A stretch of DNA of 63,592 bases, filler included, from Octopus bimaculoides (GCF_001194135.2; 9 parts of 8 records of this genome joined end to end with filler, not necessarily neighbours in it); one strand, 5' to 3'; positions 50,744-63,490 are shown, counted from the whole stretch's first letter. Notes: generated from the sequence alone by a model not told the origin. Made by a program: numbers and translations.

Positions 50744-52700
50744 ACAAGAAGATGCAGAAGAAATAGAGTTTATATGTGACTCCAAGAAGGCTGACTAATA
50801 GAGACTAAACCAAGAAACAAGTAAAGTCAAGAATGTGTTGAAACACATTAAAACGAAGAATCTTTCACAAACAAATAAACTCATCAAGGCTGCAAGTAGG
50901 ACTGCTGCAGATAGGACTGAATTGAAGATCAATGAGAACAGAACATTGACGGAATGAAAAGGAAATAAACAACCTTGGTGGAAAAGGAGAATACCAGAAG
51001 GCATAAACTTCTTAAACAGTATAGTGTCGATACTTGACAGGAAAAGAAAAGGATAATTGACGAATGACCGCAAATTCGAACAATTGAAGAAGTGTGTACT
51101 GCATTTTGTGATTCAAGAACTGAAGCAGCGCATACTTACAAAGAAAGCAAACCTAACTTAGTTTGAACAACGGATTAAACAATACCGACAAAACTAATTG
51201 TTTAGAATTGACCAAAACAGATTTTATCAAACAATTAAGGATTTAGCACACGAAAGTTTAGTTCCTGATGCAAATGAAAGTCGTCGGTTTGGCGGTGAGA
51301 TATGGGGTAAGCAAGAAAAACAATACTGGAGCTAAATAGCTCTGCAGCCTGAAGCAAACAGCTTCATATCCTCAGCAAGAAGCTATCCTCTTTACCGAGG
51401 ACAGTATCAGAGGTATGAAAAAGGAGATGAACAAATGGAAAGCAGCAGGACCTGATGGTGTACAGGGGTTTATGATTAAAAGCTCAGTAGGTGCCATAAA
51501 TTAATGGCAGAGCAATTTATTACATTGATAATTTGAACAGAAAGAATTCCAAAGCGAAAGAGAGAAGTGAAGAAAATGGATACCAAGACCAGAAAAATGT
51601 TGACAGTACACGGAGCCTTCCACCCTAAGAGTGACACCGATAGGCTGTACTTGCCCAGAAGAAAGGGTAGGAGAGGTTTGATCAGATGCAAGGACTGTAT
51701 CGGAGCAGAGGAAAACAGCTTAAGGTGTTATATAAAAAATGCCGTGGAGCCACTGTTGAAACACACGAAGAAGGCCAGCGTCATAAAAACTGTAACGAAA
51801 GAAAACTTTAAACAAGAAATTAACAAAAGAAAAAGAGAAAAAGAATGGAAAGAAAAGAAAATGTATGGTCAGTTTGCAAGAGATGTGATCGCCAAGACAG
51901 ATACAGAAGACCGGTAGCTATGGATGAGGAGGAGGAGGAGTGACCTGAAGATAGCGACAGAAACACTCGTATGCGCAGCTCAGGAGCAAGCGTTAAGGAC
52001 CAACTATATGAAGTGCAGAAGAGACAACACTACCGATAGTGACAAATGCAGAATGTGTTACGAGAGGGGTGAAACGGTATAGCATATCGTTAGCGAATGC
52101 CCGGAATTGGCAAAACGCGAATACAAGAGACGCCATAATAATGTGGCAATAATGATCCATTGGGAACTCTGTGGAAATCACGACCTAAAAAGAGCAAAGA
52201 CGTGGTATTAGCAAACTCTAGAAAGAGTCACCGAAAATGAGAATTGCAAAATCATGTGGGGTGCACTGATCTAGTGCGATCACCTGACCAGACATCGGAA
52301 ACCGGACATAGTTGTGGTGAAAGAAAAGAAAGAACATGTATGATAATCGACATAACATGCCCCCGTGACAACAGGATCAGGGTGGAAGAAGAAAAAATAA
52401 ACAACTTTGAAAATTTGAAGTGGGAAATACGAAGTTTGTGGTCAATGAGGAGAGTAGACGTGGTTCCAATAGTAATTGGTGCACTTGGAAGTATCAGCAC
52501 TGAACTACCAACATGGCCGAAAAAGATTGGTACAAGTGTGAAGGTAGAATACCTACAAAAATCAGCATTGCTTGGAACTGCAAGAATTCTTCTCAGGGTT
52601 CTTGAAGCATGACCAGTAAAAAAGGGTCACTTTAGTCTGCTGGCTGTGGACAGTTGACTCTTTCCATCATACTCAGCAAAATAAGTTGTGAGCCTTCGTA
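50744..52700 (+). mobile_element. R4/Dong-like element copy 2, 5'-truncated, RT core deleted
   Basis: QPWWKRRI, KWKAAGPDGVQGF, then a jump to MDTKTRKMLT..DRLYLPR; CCHC CRMC..ETV.HIVSEC; RLE KPDIVV..IIDI..EK; end LLGTARILLRVLEA*; (TAA)n on both sides. Confidence 0.9.
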
Positions 52701-52707
52701 TAATAAT

Positions 52708-52764
<57 letters not shown>

Positions 52765-52766
<2 letters not shown>

Positions 52767-53297
52767 AACACTATGGAATAACAACAGAAAAAAGAAGGTA
52801 TAGGCACACGCCAGAAAAGGTCACAGAAAACGAGAAAGCAACCATACTCTGAGATATGCCAATACACACAGATAGAGAAATTAAGGCCAATAGGCCAGAT
52901 ATAGTTATCAGAGATCATGAAGAAAAAATGCTTTCTAATTGATGTATCAATACCAGCAGATGACAACATTTTTCTAAAAGAAATGGAGAAACTGGAAATA
53001 GAGGTAACTATTAGAGGTAACCCGAATGTGGAATCTAAAAACAGAAACAATTCCTATCATAGTAGGCGCATTAGGTATGATAAAAAAAATATTCAGACAA
53101 ATACATAACAAAAACACCAGGACTTACAAGTATATATAACATACAGAAAATTGCACTACTGGGGTCTGTACGCTTCCTACGCACAACACTTTCAATACAG
53201 TAACCATAAGAGCATCATAGCAAACCACAGCACATACCCAAAGCACACAGAGCTGCGCTCGGTAGTGAAGTGAAAGCACGCTATAGAAATAAAACTA

Positions 53298-53300
<3 letters not shown>
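52765..53300 (+). mobile_element. R4/Dong-like element copy 3, 3' end only
   Basis: WYRHTPEKV.EN..IHTDREIKANRPDIVI..FLIDVSIP..VGALG..QKIALLG, then a short 3' UTR; (TAA)n on both sides. Confidence 0.88.
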
Positions 53301-53351
<51 letters not shown>

Positions 53352-53389
53352 CATAATAATAATAATAATGATAATAATAATAATAATAA

Positions 53390-54300
53390 TGCAGTACCAG
53401 GCAGTGGGTCTCATGGTTTCTGATCTTAATTGATTGGAAGTGTTATCATGTACATTGTTTTGCCTTGGTATAAAAGATGGGCTACAGCAAATATTCTGCT
53501 TAATACCACATATTTGCTTGTCAGTTGTTTGACCTTAACCAGTTGAGCATGTCCCTTGGTGGCTGACGATATGTGCATCTCTGATCATGAGCAGAGGTAG
53601 TGGGGGAGCATCATAGCCATGTGTTGAGAGGAGTTCTTTGGGGTTTGAATAATTCACCTTTGGAAACATGGGTGTTTTGCTCAACATCCTTAAATAAACC
53701 TTATTCAGGGACCTTTTGAGCGGGATGGGCTACTCGATCTGAAAAAAATTCTAACTGGGCCCCACCTGCGAGGNNNNNNNNNNTTCTGATCTTAATTGAT
53801 TGGAAGTGTTATCATGTACATTGTTTTGCCTTGGTATAAAAGATGGGCTACAGCAAATATTCTGCTTAATACCACATATTTGCTTGTCAGTTGTTTGACC
53901 TTAACCAGTTGAGCATGTCCCTTGGTGGCTGACGATATGTGCATCTCTGATCATGAGCAGAGGTAGTGGGGGAGCATCATAGCCATGTGTTGAGAGGAGT
54001 TCTTTGGGGTTTGAATAATTCACCTTTGGAAACATGGGTGTTTTGCTCAACATCCTTAAATAAACCTTATTCAGGGACCTTTTGAGCGGGATGGGCTACT
54101 CGATCTGAAAAAAATTCTAACTGGGCCCCACCTGCGAGGTCATGCGCTGTTTATTTTGATATGAGATCACCATGTCGCACACATATGGTTGTGATGCATG
54201 TGCCTGGTGTACCCTTATCAGACGGGTAGTCATGATGGGTATATTGGGCTTTGTATATTTTACCCCAGTGTCACTTTGATGGCATGCACTGCTCTCTCAC
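53390..54300. repeat. Repeat family F copy 2 (contains a 356-bp assembly duplication)
   Basis: 53418-53773 is repeated at 53784-54139 across a 10-N gap; (TAA)n on both sides. Confidence 0.85.
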
Positions 54301-54331
<31 letters not shown>

Positions 54332-54706
54332 TAATAACAATAAAATTTGCGTCCTGATGGAGTATCTACATGAGTAGTTCAGCCTGCTAAAATAGAAATT
54401 GAAAAATCTCTTTTACAAAATGCATAAACAGGAATAGTGCGGGTTGTGATGTGCTGTTCCTAAAAAATAAAATACGATGATACCAGTGGAATGATCTTGA
54501 TCCCAGGCTTGCCTCAAGCAACACTGAGGACAGGGTTTTTAGCAACATTATAAGGACTCCCACAGCGCTTAGATTATAAATGAGCTCTTAGTCCCGTGAG
54601 GACCCGGGGTAACTGCCTAATGTGCCTATACCTGAAGACGACACTGACTGAAGGAGAGTTATGAAGACAGCTAATAAAATTTGGTAATATATTATTTATA
54701 TACAGA

Positions 54707-54920
54707 AAGCGGCAAGCTGGCAGAATCGTTAGCACGCCTGACAAAATGCTTATCCGCATTTTGTCTGTCTTAACGTTCTGAGTTCAAATTCCGCCGAGGA
54801 CGACTTTGCCTTTCATTCTTTCAGCGCCGATGAAATAAGTATCAATTGAACCCTGGGGATCTATGTAGTCGACTTATCCCTCCCCAGTAATTGCTGGCCT
54901 TGTGCCAAAATTTGAGACCG
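54707..54920 (+). mobile_element. SINE family C
   Basis: Full-length family C match. Confidence 0.9.
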
Positions 54921-54937
54921 ACATATTATTTATATAC

Positions 54938-55320
54938 TGTTGGCACTCCGTCGATTACAACGACGAGGGTTCCAGTTGATCCGATCAACGGAACAGCCTG
55001 CTCGTGAAATTAACGTGCAAGTGGCTGAGCACTCCACAAACACGTGTACCCTTAACGTAGTTCTCGAGAGAGATTCAGCGTGACACAGTGTGACAAGGCT
55101 GGCCCTTTGAATTACAGGCACAACAGAAACAGGAAGTAAGAGTGAGAGAAAGTTGTGGTGAAAGAGTACAGCAGGGTTTGCCACCATCCCCTGCCGGAGC
55201 CTCGTGGAGCTTTAGGTGTCTTCGGTCAATAAACACTCACAACGTCCGGTATGGGAATCGAAACCGCGATCCTACGACTGCGAGTCCGCTGCCCTAACCA
55301 CTGGGCCATTGCGCCTCCAC
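54938..55320 (-). mobile_element. SINE family B, full length, with 10-bp TSD
   Basis: ATTTATATAC at 54928-54937 and 55321-55330; intact A/B-box-like head. Confidence 0.93.
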
Positions 55321-55585
55321 ATTTATATACAAAGCGGTGATATAAAGCGGAAAATAGTACCGTATTTGAAATCATAAAAGAGGCAAAGGTATATTAGATG
55401 CCCACCAATTTCAGCAGCGAATATTTCATAAAAAATTTTTCTAGTACATTAAAGCAAGAAATCTTTAGCACACCTGGCGAAATGCTTAGCGGTATTTCGT
55501 CCGCCTTTACGTTCTAAGTTCAAATTCCGATTATAGGTAACTACACACTGATCTTATACAGGAACGGTTCCAAACTGTGATAAAA

Positions 55586-55725
55586 ATCATTCTGCTCGGC
55601 GATTTCAATGCTCGGGTTGGAGCTAATTCAGAAATATGGAATTGCTTCTGTAGATACGGACTTGGAAAGATGAATAGTAATGGCCTTTTGCTTCTCGAAT
55701 TATACACTAAATTTGGGCTTCAGAA
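55586..55725 (+). pseudogene. APE endonuclease fragment of an RTE/CR1-type LINE
   Basis: IILLGDFNARVG..W....YGLGKMNSNGLLLLEL. Confidence 0.8.
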
Positions 55726-55774
55726 ATCAAGCACATAGTATGTACATACATGCATGCACACACACGCACGCACG

Positions 55775-55823
<49 letters not shown>

Positions 55824-55923
55824 NNNNNNNNNNNNNNNNNNNNNNNNNNNNNNNNNNNNNNNNNNNNTTAATTAATTAANNNNNNNNNNNNNNNNNNNNN
55901 NNNNNNNNNNNNNNNNNNNNNNN

Positions 55924-55976
<53 letters not shown>

Positions 55977-56967
55977 CATATGCACATATATATATATGTG
56001 TTTGTATATATTTATATATATACATATGTATATTTATATATATTTATATATATATATATATATATAGATTAATAGACACATGGATTGATAGACAGATAGA
56101 TAGATAGATAAATATCTGTGCAGGCGTATGTCACATCACGTCTTAATAAGTGTAAAGGAAATTTGTTGCCTAAGGTATAGCTTTGCAACCGTTATATTAA
56201 TGTATAAGTTATAAACAATCGCTGAACAAGAGAGAAGAGAGAGAAAAAAGCACGTCTTTTATTTAGGAAGGCAGTGGACAGAAAGAGAGATCCCCTTTCG
56301 TTATCTGTCAGCAACGAGAGAGTTAGGGATGAAGAGAGAAATATAGAGAACGGTGAAAGGGAGAGAAGAATAGGGAAAGAGTGGGAGAGAAAAACAGAAA
56401 GGATGAAGAACAAGAGCAGGAGAGAGATAGACAGAGAAGAGATAGTAGAAAACGTGCTTTTTTCTGTCTCTTCTCTCAAAGCTCGTCCACGTAGCGTTCA
56501 TAATAATGTTTCTATCGTCTTGTCTCAACAACCCTCACCGTTTATTTTTAATGTCTTGTTCTCACTGTCCTGTTCTTCTTAACACTATCACCCTCCGCAA
56601 AAAATCCCAAATTTTATTTAATTTGCTTTGTGGGAAGGACTGTTCCAACGATGTCGCTTATTGTCCTTGCCTTCGAAACGCGGAATAGATGGAACAGGAA
56701 CAACTGACGAGTGGGTATACTCTTTATGTTGCATATCTCGTTTCTCTGTTTTTTTTTGTTGGTTGAAAAATGTTCGTCTTCTGTTTTCGTTTTTATGTTT
56801 TCATTTCTCATTGTATTTAACGTTTGTTTCATGTTCTGTACCCATATATGCATGTATGTATACATATAGATGTAAGTATGTACATATATGTATGGATATA
56901 TGCATATATTTATGTATTATTTATATTATTATATGATCGAAAGCCACGTTTCCTTTCCCAGTAAGTT

Positions 56968-57038
<71 letters not shown>

Positions 57039-57123
57039 GTAAGATTTACTAACTTTGCTTGTATTATCGTCACATACGTATCAATTATTTTCGCATCCTA
57101 ACCGACGTATCCATCTATTTTTC

Positions 57124-57174
57124 GCATTCTGAAGAGAATTACAAAAACTATTAAATCGAAACGATCGTAAATGC
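57124..57174 (+). ncRNA. Putative minimal type I hammerhead ribozyme, fully canonical core
   Basis: GCAUU-CUGAAGA-G(AAUUA..UUAAAU)C-GAA-ACGAUCGU-A-AAUGC: 5-bp stem I, G10.1-C11.1 pair, 8-nt palindromic stem III, GUA triplet; predicted cleavage after 57169. Confidence 0.8.
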
Positions 57175-59138
57175 TACTGTCAGGATTACTTCATTCTTCT
57201 TTGCTATCTAATTAAATTAAAGGCATACCAACGAAAACGACAAGTTAGCCCTTGTTATTACATCCATATATATATATAATTTTTTTCCCATTATCTTTTC
57301 CCCCCTCCTTCCATCTCTCTCACTGTTTCTACCATCTCTAAATTGCCCGCAAGTATGTGTCAGCAATATATTTCTATATTCTAGCACAGTTTTCCATACT
57401 AACTATTTCGGTAAATTTAATGTGTTACTCCACTTATATTTCTTTATCTCAACTACCTTCAACCTGTTAGTGGACCAACATCTCTAATATTTTATGTTCT
57501 ACTTCTTAATACTTACTTCATTACTCTTCTTATCTTCCTATTATACAATTTCTTTATCTGCTCAAGATGCTATGAAAATACATTTACACAATCTTACGAT
57601 TCACCGTACATTCATGCTGATATCTTATAATAACTCTGCTTATTCCTCCGTTATTTAACCTTTCCGTAACGTTTCCACATGATTAGATGAAAGGGGATGG
57701 GAAGAATGGGAGAGAGATGGAGACGGTGAGGCGAGAGAGAGTTGGTGGTGAGTGCAATGTGTAATTTATCTTTGAACTAAGTTTTTCCTCTTCTTTACAT
57801 AACCCACGTGATTAGTTGACGGGAAAGGCGAGGAGCGAAAGAAAAAAAGGAGAGAGAAAGAGAGGGTAAGGCGAAGAGTGAGAAAGAAAACAGGAGAGTG
57901 CTGTGTATTAAGTCCATAGAACCATGTATACATTATATAAATGGCATTAAGTAATCATCGTATTTCAATTTCCTTCACTTTTCAATGATTAGCTGATGAG
58001 CAACTATCTTTTGATACCGACACAACACAAGCCAATAAGTTTACTATAAATTCTGTGAAATATTCACGGATCCCGCTAGTATCACATAATTTGCTCTATA
58101 AACAATACTACCGTATACCTCCACTACAATAACACACCGGCCCCACCACAAGCCCAGAGTTCCCCTACTTATCTAACAAGTCTTGGGACGTACTATTTAC
58201 TCTTACACACAGCATTCCCTCGCCTATTATCAATGAATTTTTCTCCCAATGTTTGAGTCTTCTANNNNNNNNNNATTCCCTCGCCTATTATCAATGAATT
58301 TTTCTCCCAATGTTTGAGTCTTCTATTCGCTCCTAACGAAGTATCTCACTTCTATTTCCATATCACTTTCAATCCACATTTCACCACCATAGCGTTATGC
58401 TTATCTTCCTATTCAAAATATCAATACATTTCCGTATCTCACCAAATCACTATCTGCGCTTCAATTCTATTACTATTTTCGTCATCACGAGCGTATCATA
58501 TTTTAGATATTATAAGTTAATTTTTTTGTCGGTTTTATTCTGATACTTATATTTATTTTATGCATAATTTGTCTTTATCCATTTTTGAGAGTTTTTATTA
58601 ATACAGATCGACACCAGTTCCTCTTATTACAATTCTTAATTGTACTTTCCGTATTTAGAGTATATATAGGCCACAAAAGACATATTTATTGGTCTTCTAT
58701 GACAATATGAGAGTTGAAACTGCATGCCTTGGGAGCAAGCACACAACTCCCAACGATAACTTGATACCTTCCTCGTTTCTTTGTCACTTATATTGGTATC
58801 TTCGTCGTTTCTTTGTCACATATATTGATGTTTTTCAATATTATTCTCCCCATAAAAAACATTTTATAGAACGATGATGCGCATGTCCATTGTTGAATAT
58901 AACCAACAACAACAACACCACAACAAGATTTGTTACTTAGATATTTAACCCCTAACTTGCATCAAGCGAGTTCGTATGTGTTTGTGTGTCTAAGGAAATA
59001 AATATTTACTTAGAGAAAAGTATGCTACTAAAATGAATTCTTTTACATAACGTTTTTTAAATCACTGTCACCCCAAGGGAACACTTTACACATACACACA
59101 TGTTAACGAAAACTCACACACACACACACACACGCACA

Positions 59139-59172
<34 letters not shown>

Positions 59173-60903
59173 ATGTGAGCAATATATTTTTATAGAAAGG
59201 TTACCATGAGAAAGTGAAAGATGTAAACAAATGCGAGAAAGTGTGTGTGTGAGAGAGAGAGAGAGAGAGAAAGAGAGAAAGAGTGATATTGAGAGACTGA
59301 GCGAGAGATAGAGAGAGAGAGAGAGAAAGANNNNNNNNNNNNNNNNNNNNNNNNNNNNNNNNNNNNNNNNNNNNNNNNNNNNNNNNNNNNNNNNNNNNNN
59401 NNNNNNNNNNNNNNNNNNNNNNNNNNNNNNNNNNNNNNNNNNNNNNNNNNNNNNNNNNNNNNNNNNNNNNNNNNNNNNNNNNNNNNNNNNNNNNNNNNNN
59501 NNNNNNNNNNNNNNNNNNNNNNNNNNNNNNNNNNNNNNNNNNNNNNNNNNNNNNNNNNNNNNNNNNNNNNNNNNNNNNNNNNNNNNNNNNNNNNNNNNNN
59601 NNNNNNNNNNNNNNNNNNNNNNNNNNNNNNNNNNNNNNNNNNNNNNNNNNNNNNNNNNNNNNNNNNNNNNNNNNNNNNNNNNNNNNNNNNNNNNNNNNNN
59701 NNNNNNNNNNNNNNNNNNNNNNNNNNNNNNNNNNNNNNNNNNNNNNNNNNNNNNNNNNNNNNNNNNNNNNNNNNNNNNNNNNNNNNNNNNNNNNNNNNNN
59801 NNNNNNNNNNNNNNNNNNNNNNNNNNNNNNNNNNNNNNNNNNNNNNNNNNNNNNNNNNNNNNNNNNNNNNNNNNNNNNNNNNNNNNNNNNNNNNNNNNNN
59901 NNNNNNNNNNNNNNNNNNNNNNNNNNNNNNNNNNNNNNNNNNNNNNNNNNNNNNNNNNNNNNNNNNNNNNNNNNNNNNNNNNNNNNNNNNNNNNNNNNNN
60001 NNNNNNNNNNNNNNNNNNNNNNNNNNNNNNNNNNNNNNNNNNNNNNNNNNNNNNNNNNNNNNNNNNNNNNNNNNNNNNNNNNNNNNNNNNACAACACAAG
60101 CCAATAAGTTTACTATAAATTCCGTGAAATATTCACGGATCCCGCTAGTATCACATAATTTGGTCTATAAACAATACTACCGTATACCTCCACTACAATA
60201 ACACACCGGCCCCACCACAAGCCCAGAGTTCCCCTACTTATCTAACAAGTCTTGGGACGTACTATTTACTCTTACACACAGCATTCCCTCGCCTATTATC
60301 AATGAATTTTTCTCCCAATGTTTGAGTCTTCTATTCGCTCCTAACGAAGTATCTCACTTCTATTTCCATATCACTTTCAATCCACATTTCACCACCATAG
60401 CGTTATGCTTATCTTCCTATTCAAAATATCAATACATTTCCGTATCTCACCAAGTTGAGTTATTTTTTGGTAGAAATTTTTTTTTTTTATTGTTGTATCT
60501 AGGGATGGTTATTTTTTTCTTTTGCCAAATAAACACACGCACTATGTTTTCTTCACTACATTATTACTTTTCTGATTCTAACTTATGTTCACTTTCCGGA
60601 AATATTTCGTCACACTTCTGTGACCTCTTCAGCAACGCTTTCCATCTTCGTGTGTACTCCTGCTCGGCTTATTTCACTCTATTGTTTCTTTATTATCATT
60701 TACGAACGACATTATCTGGGGACGCAGAATTCGAAAATGAATTCGTTTTCCTCGAGGATGCAACGTTTCAGAGACGTTTTGGGCTAAGTACACATGCATA
60801 ACAACAAACACTTGCATTTATATAAGTGTGTGTGTGCGTTTATACGATACATTCAGGCATATATTTGTGTATGTATGTATGTATGTATGTATGTATCTGT
60901 CTG

Positions 60904-60959
<56 letters not shown>

Positions 60960-61143
60960 CCGTGAGTGTCGCGTTGCTCTGCAACAACTTTGCCGTCCCG
61001 CGTCAACCTTGAGCGGCTGCATCACAACGAAGTCATTCTATAGNNNNNNNNNNNNNNNNNNNNNNNNNNNNNNNNNNNNNNNNNNNNTTAATTAATTAAN
61101 NNNNNNNNNNNNNNNNNNNNNNNNNNNNNNNNNNNNNNNNNNN

Positions 61144-61821
61144 TCACTGGGTGGCTTGGTGTTTTGTCTAAATGAAGCAATCCTTTGTTGGAAATATTAT
61201 GTCTGACATTGTACCTTTCTATATAAGATAAAACATAATTCCCTAAACCAGTCTTGTTTCAACATCAAATCACAGACAGGTTAAACTTAGCATAGTCCTT
61301 GAATGCTCTTGGATTCTGAAAGTAGTATATAATTAGGGGCTTTAATTTTGTATCTTCACCAGTATTTCCTTCCACAAGAATTTTTGAGGCTTTAAAGTCT
61401 GATACTGATTTTTCTTAACTAAAAATAAAAATCCTAATAGGCATAGACTTCCAAAAAATCCTAGTCTCATTAATATCATTCATTTGTTCTGATGCCTCCT
61501 TCTGATGCCTTTGTTCTGATTGCCTCCTTCACCAATAATTTGCTTCAGCTCAGCTCCTTAGGATATTTTGAAACCAATGCTGTGTTAGCACTGGCAGCTG
61601 CATTAGTAATTTTAATGTTATGGAAATGAAGCCATTTCTTAAACCTTTCAGACCATCCTTTACAAGCAAAAACATGTTATACATCTGAAATTGTGTTTTC
61701 TGCTTTCTGCAAATCCTCGTGCAAAGTTTTAATTTACACGTGAATGACTAGCATATTTATTGATACATTATACCCAGTCTGATCCATGCCCTCAAGAACC
61801 TTTCCATTTTAAGCATCACTT
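61144..61821 (-). pseudogene. Tigger/pogo-like transposase fragment
   Basis: EVMLKME, CKGWSERFKK, HNIKI..AASA, KYPKE..IIGEGG, NETRIFWKSMP, EKSVSDFKASK, KLKPLII, NPRAFK. Confidence 0.8.
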
Positions 61822-61829
61822 CAAACTTA

Positions 61830-62320
61830 TGAAAAAACAATGTCCAAGTATTTAATGAAGTAGGTCTGATGTAGGAGAAAAACTCAATCATATTACAAAA
61901 ACATTAAAGCTTACAATGTCTACTTTGGAAATAATATGTGACTATAATGCTAAGATTAGATCAAATGCTTAAAAGCCTGGAACAAGTGATGCTTAAAATA
62001 GAATGACTCTTGAGTGTGTGTAGATCAGCAATCAGACTGGATATAATGTTCTGAAAGACACTATTGTTATTCAAGTGAAAGCTAAAAGGTTATTTTACTA
62101 TTTGCAAGAAGCAGAAGGTGCAATTTCTAATGTAAAACATTTTGTTTCTAGTAAAGGCTGATTTTAACGTTTAAAGAGATGCACTAATTTTCATGGCATT
62201 AAGATGACTGATAAAGTTGCCAGTGTTGATACAAGGGTTGCTATTAATTTTTCCAAGAAGCTGAAGAAAATAATTCCTTAAGGAAATTATGCAACAAGTT
62301 TAATGCCCAACATAATCTCT
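61830..62320 (+). pseudogene. Second Tigger/pogo-like fragment in opposite orientation
   Basis: HTH-like DVGEKLNHITKTLKLTMSTLEII, then VMLKIE, FVSSKG..RLKRCTNFHGIKMT..ASVD..KLKKII. Confidence 0.75.
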
Positions 62321-62602
62321 TTACAAATCTTGTTGGTGCTACTGCCTTCACTTCTATAGGGAACCAAATATATTTTTTAAGGGGACCAATCTTGACGAGT
62401 GCATTCTTTTGTGTATCTCTGCAGCTCTGTCTCTAGAGATGGGTCCCTAGACTTTGAAAATCAAGGTGTAGGTTGTGATCTCAGTTGCATTTGGGACATT
62501 GGAGAAATGAGTCTGATCAGCCTAGAAGCTTGAAGCTGTTAATCAGGCTTAGCATCGACGTTACTTCTGTCATTACATCCCTGCTGTACTCAGTCGGAGA
62601 CA

Positions 62603-62765
62603 AGGACTCGATCATCATCATCATCATCATTTAAAATCCATTTTCTATGCTGGCATGGGTTGGATGGCTTGACAGGATCCAACAAGTTGCAGGGCTGCAT
62701 CAAGCCTGAATGTTTGTTTTGGTATGGTTTCTGTGGCTGGATGCCCTTTCTAACATCAACGAATT
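62603..62765 (-). mobile_element. SINE 3' part with a Meta/MESC-like domain motif and (GAT)n tail
   Basis: Reverse complement GAAAGGGCATCCAGCC (62735-62750) ..CCATCCAACCCATGCCAGCAT..AAATGATGATGAT; a second tail starts at ~63498 and runs off the window. Confidence 0.6.
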
Positions 62766-63229
62766 CTGTCTGATCCATGCAAGCATGGAAAAGTAGATGC
62801 TTAAACAGTGATGATGATGATGATTATGGTGTATCCCTTTTACTTTCTGCGCTGAGTGGAAAAGATAGTGTTTTTAGGACGTTGATGCAGTTGTAATGTA
62901 CTGAGGTGCTGTATATGTACAGGGTTGTTTGGAGGATCATCTTTTGTTTTTAGTATTTTTATATTTATGCAAGTGACCACTGGATGTGATGTGCATACAT
63001 ATGTACACTGTTTTTGTTTCTTTGTAATTTATTGTAGACTATAGTGGAGAAATTAGGGTCCCAGATGAAACTGGTATAATCCATAATGGATCTTCTCTAT
63101 TGTTTGAATATCATTGTTGTTGTTTCTTTATGTTTTATTTGTGATTAAGTATGTTTGTGTGTTATTTTGTCCTTTTTTTGTGTGTATTTCATTGCCAATG
63201 TTGTGAACATACTGTATGCAACTTCCCAT

Positions 63230-63490
63230 ATTTGGGTCTCCCGTATGTGTGGCATGTTGATGTCCTTGAGTAGAATGGTTGGTTATACCTGATGCTTTCT
63301 AATGCTGCTGGAAAGAAAGGAAACATTAGATTTGATAAGAGTAGCATTAAATCTGTTGTTGAACAAAACTTTTCAGTGATTCAAAAAGTGCCTGGGTAGT
63401 TCTGCAACTGTGTCTAGAGAATAACAAACAAATATGTGCTGTCATCTGCATATGAAGTTGTCTGTATGTTTCATGAAAGTGTGGAAATTC
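63230..63490 (-). pseudogene. Possible LINE RT fragment
   Basis: IQTTSYADDSTYL (YADD at 63441-63452); the rest is heavily decayed. Confidence 0.4.

Noticed and set aside
53418-54139. Exact 356-bp tandem duplication
   Set aside because: Identical copies across a 10-N gap; unmerged contig overlap.
50207-54300. Family F copies as LTRs of a single retrotransposon
   Set aside because: The interior is RLE non-LTR sequence; there are no TG..CA ends, PBS, PPT or integrase.
58022-60453. ~365-bp near-identical duplication (two substitutions seen) flanking a 760-N gap
   Set aside because: Most simply two haplotypes scaffolded in tandem; no LTR or TSD features. Long reads would be needed to reopen it.
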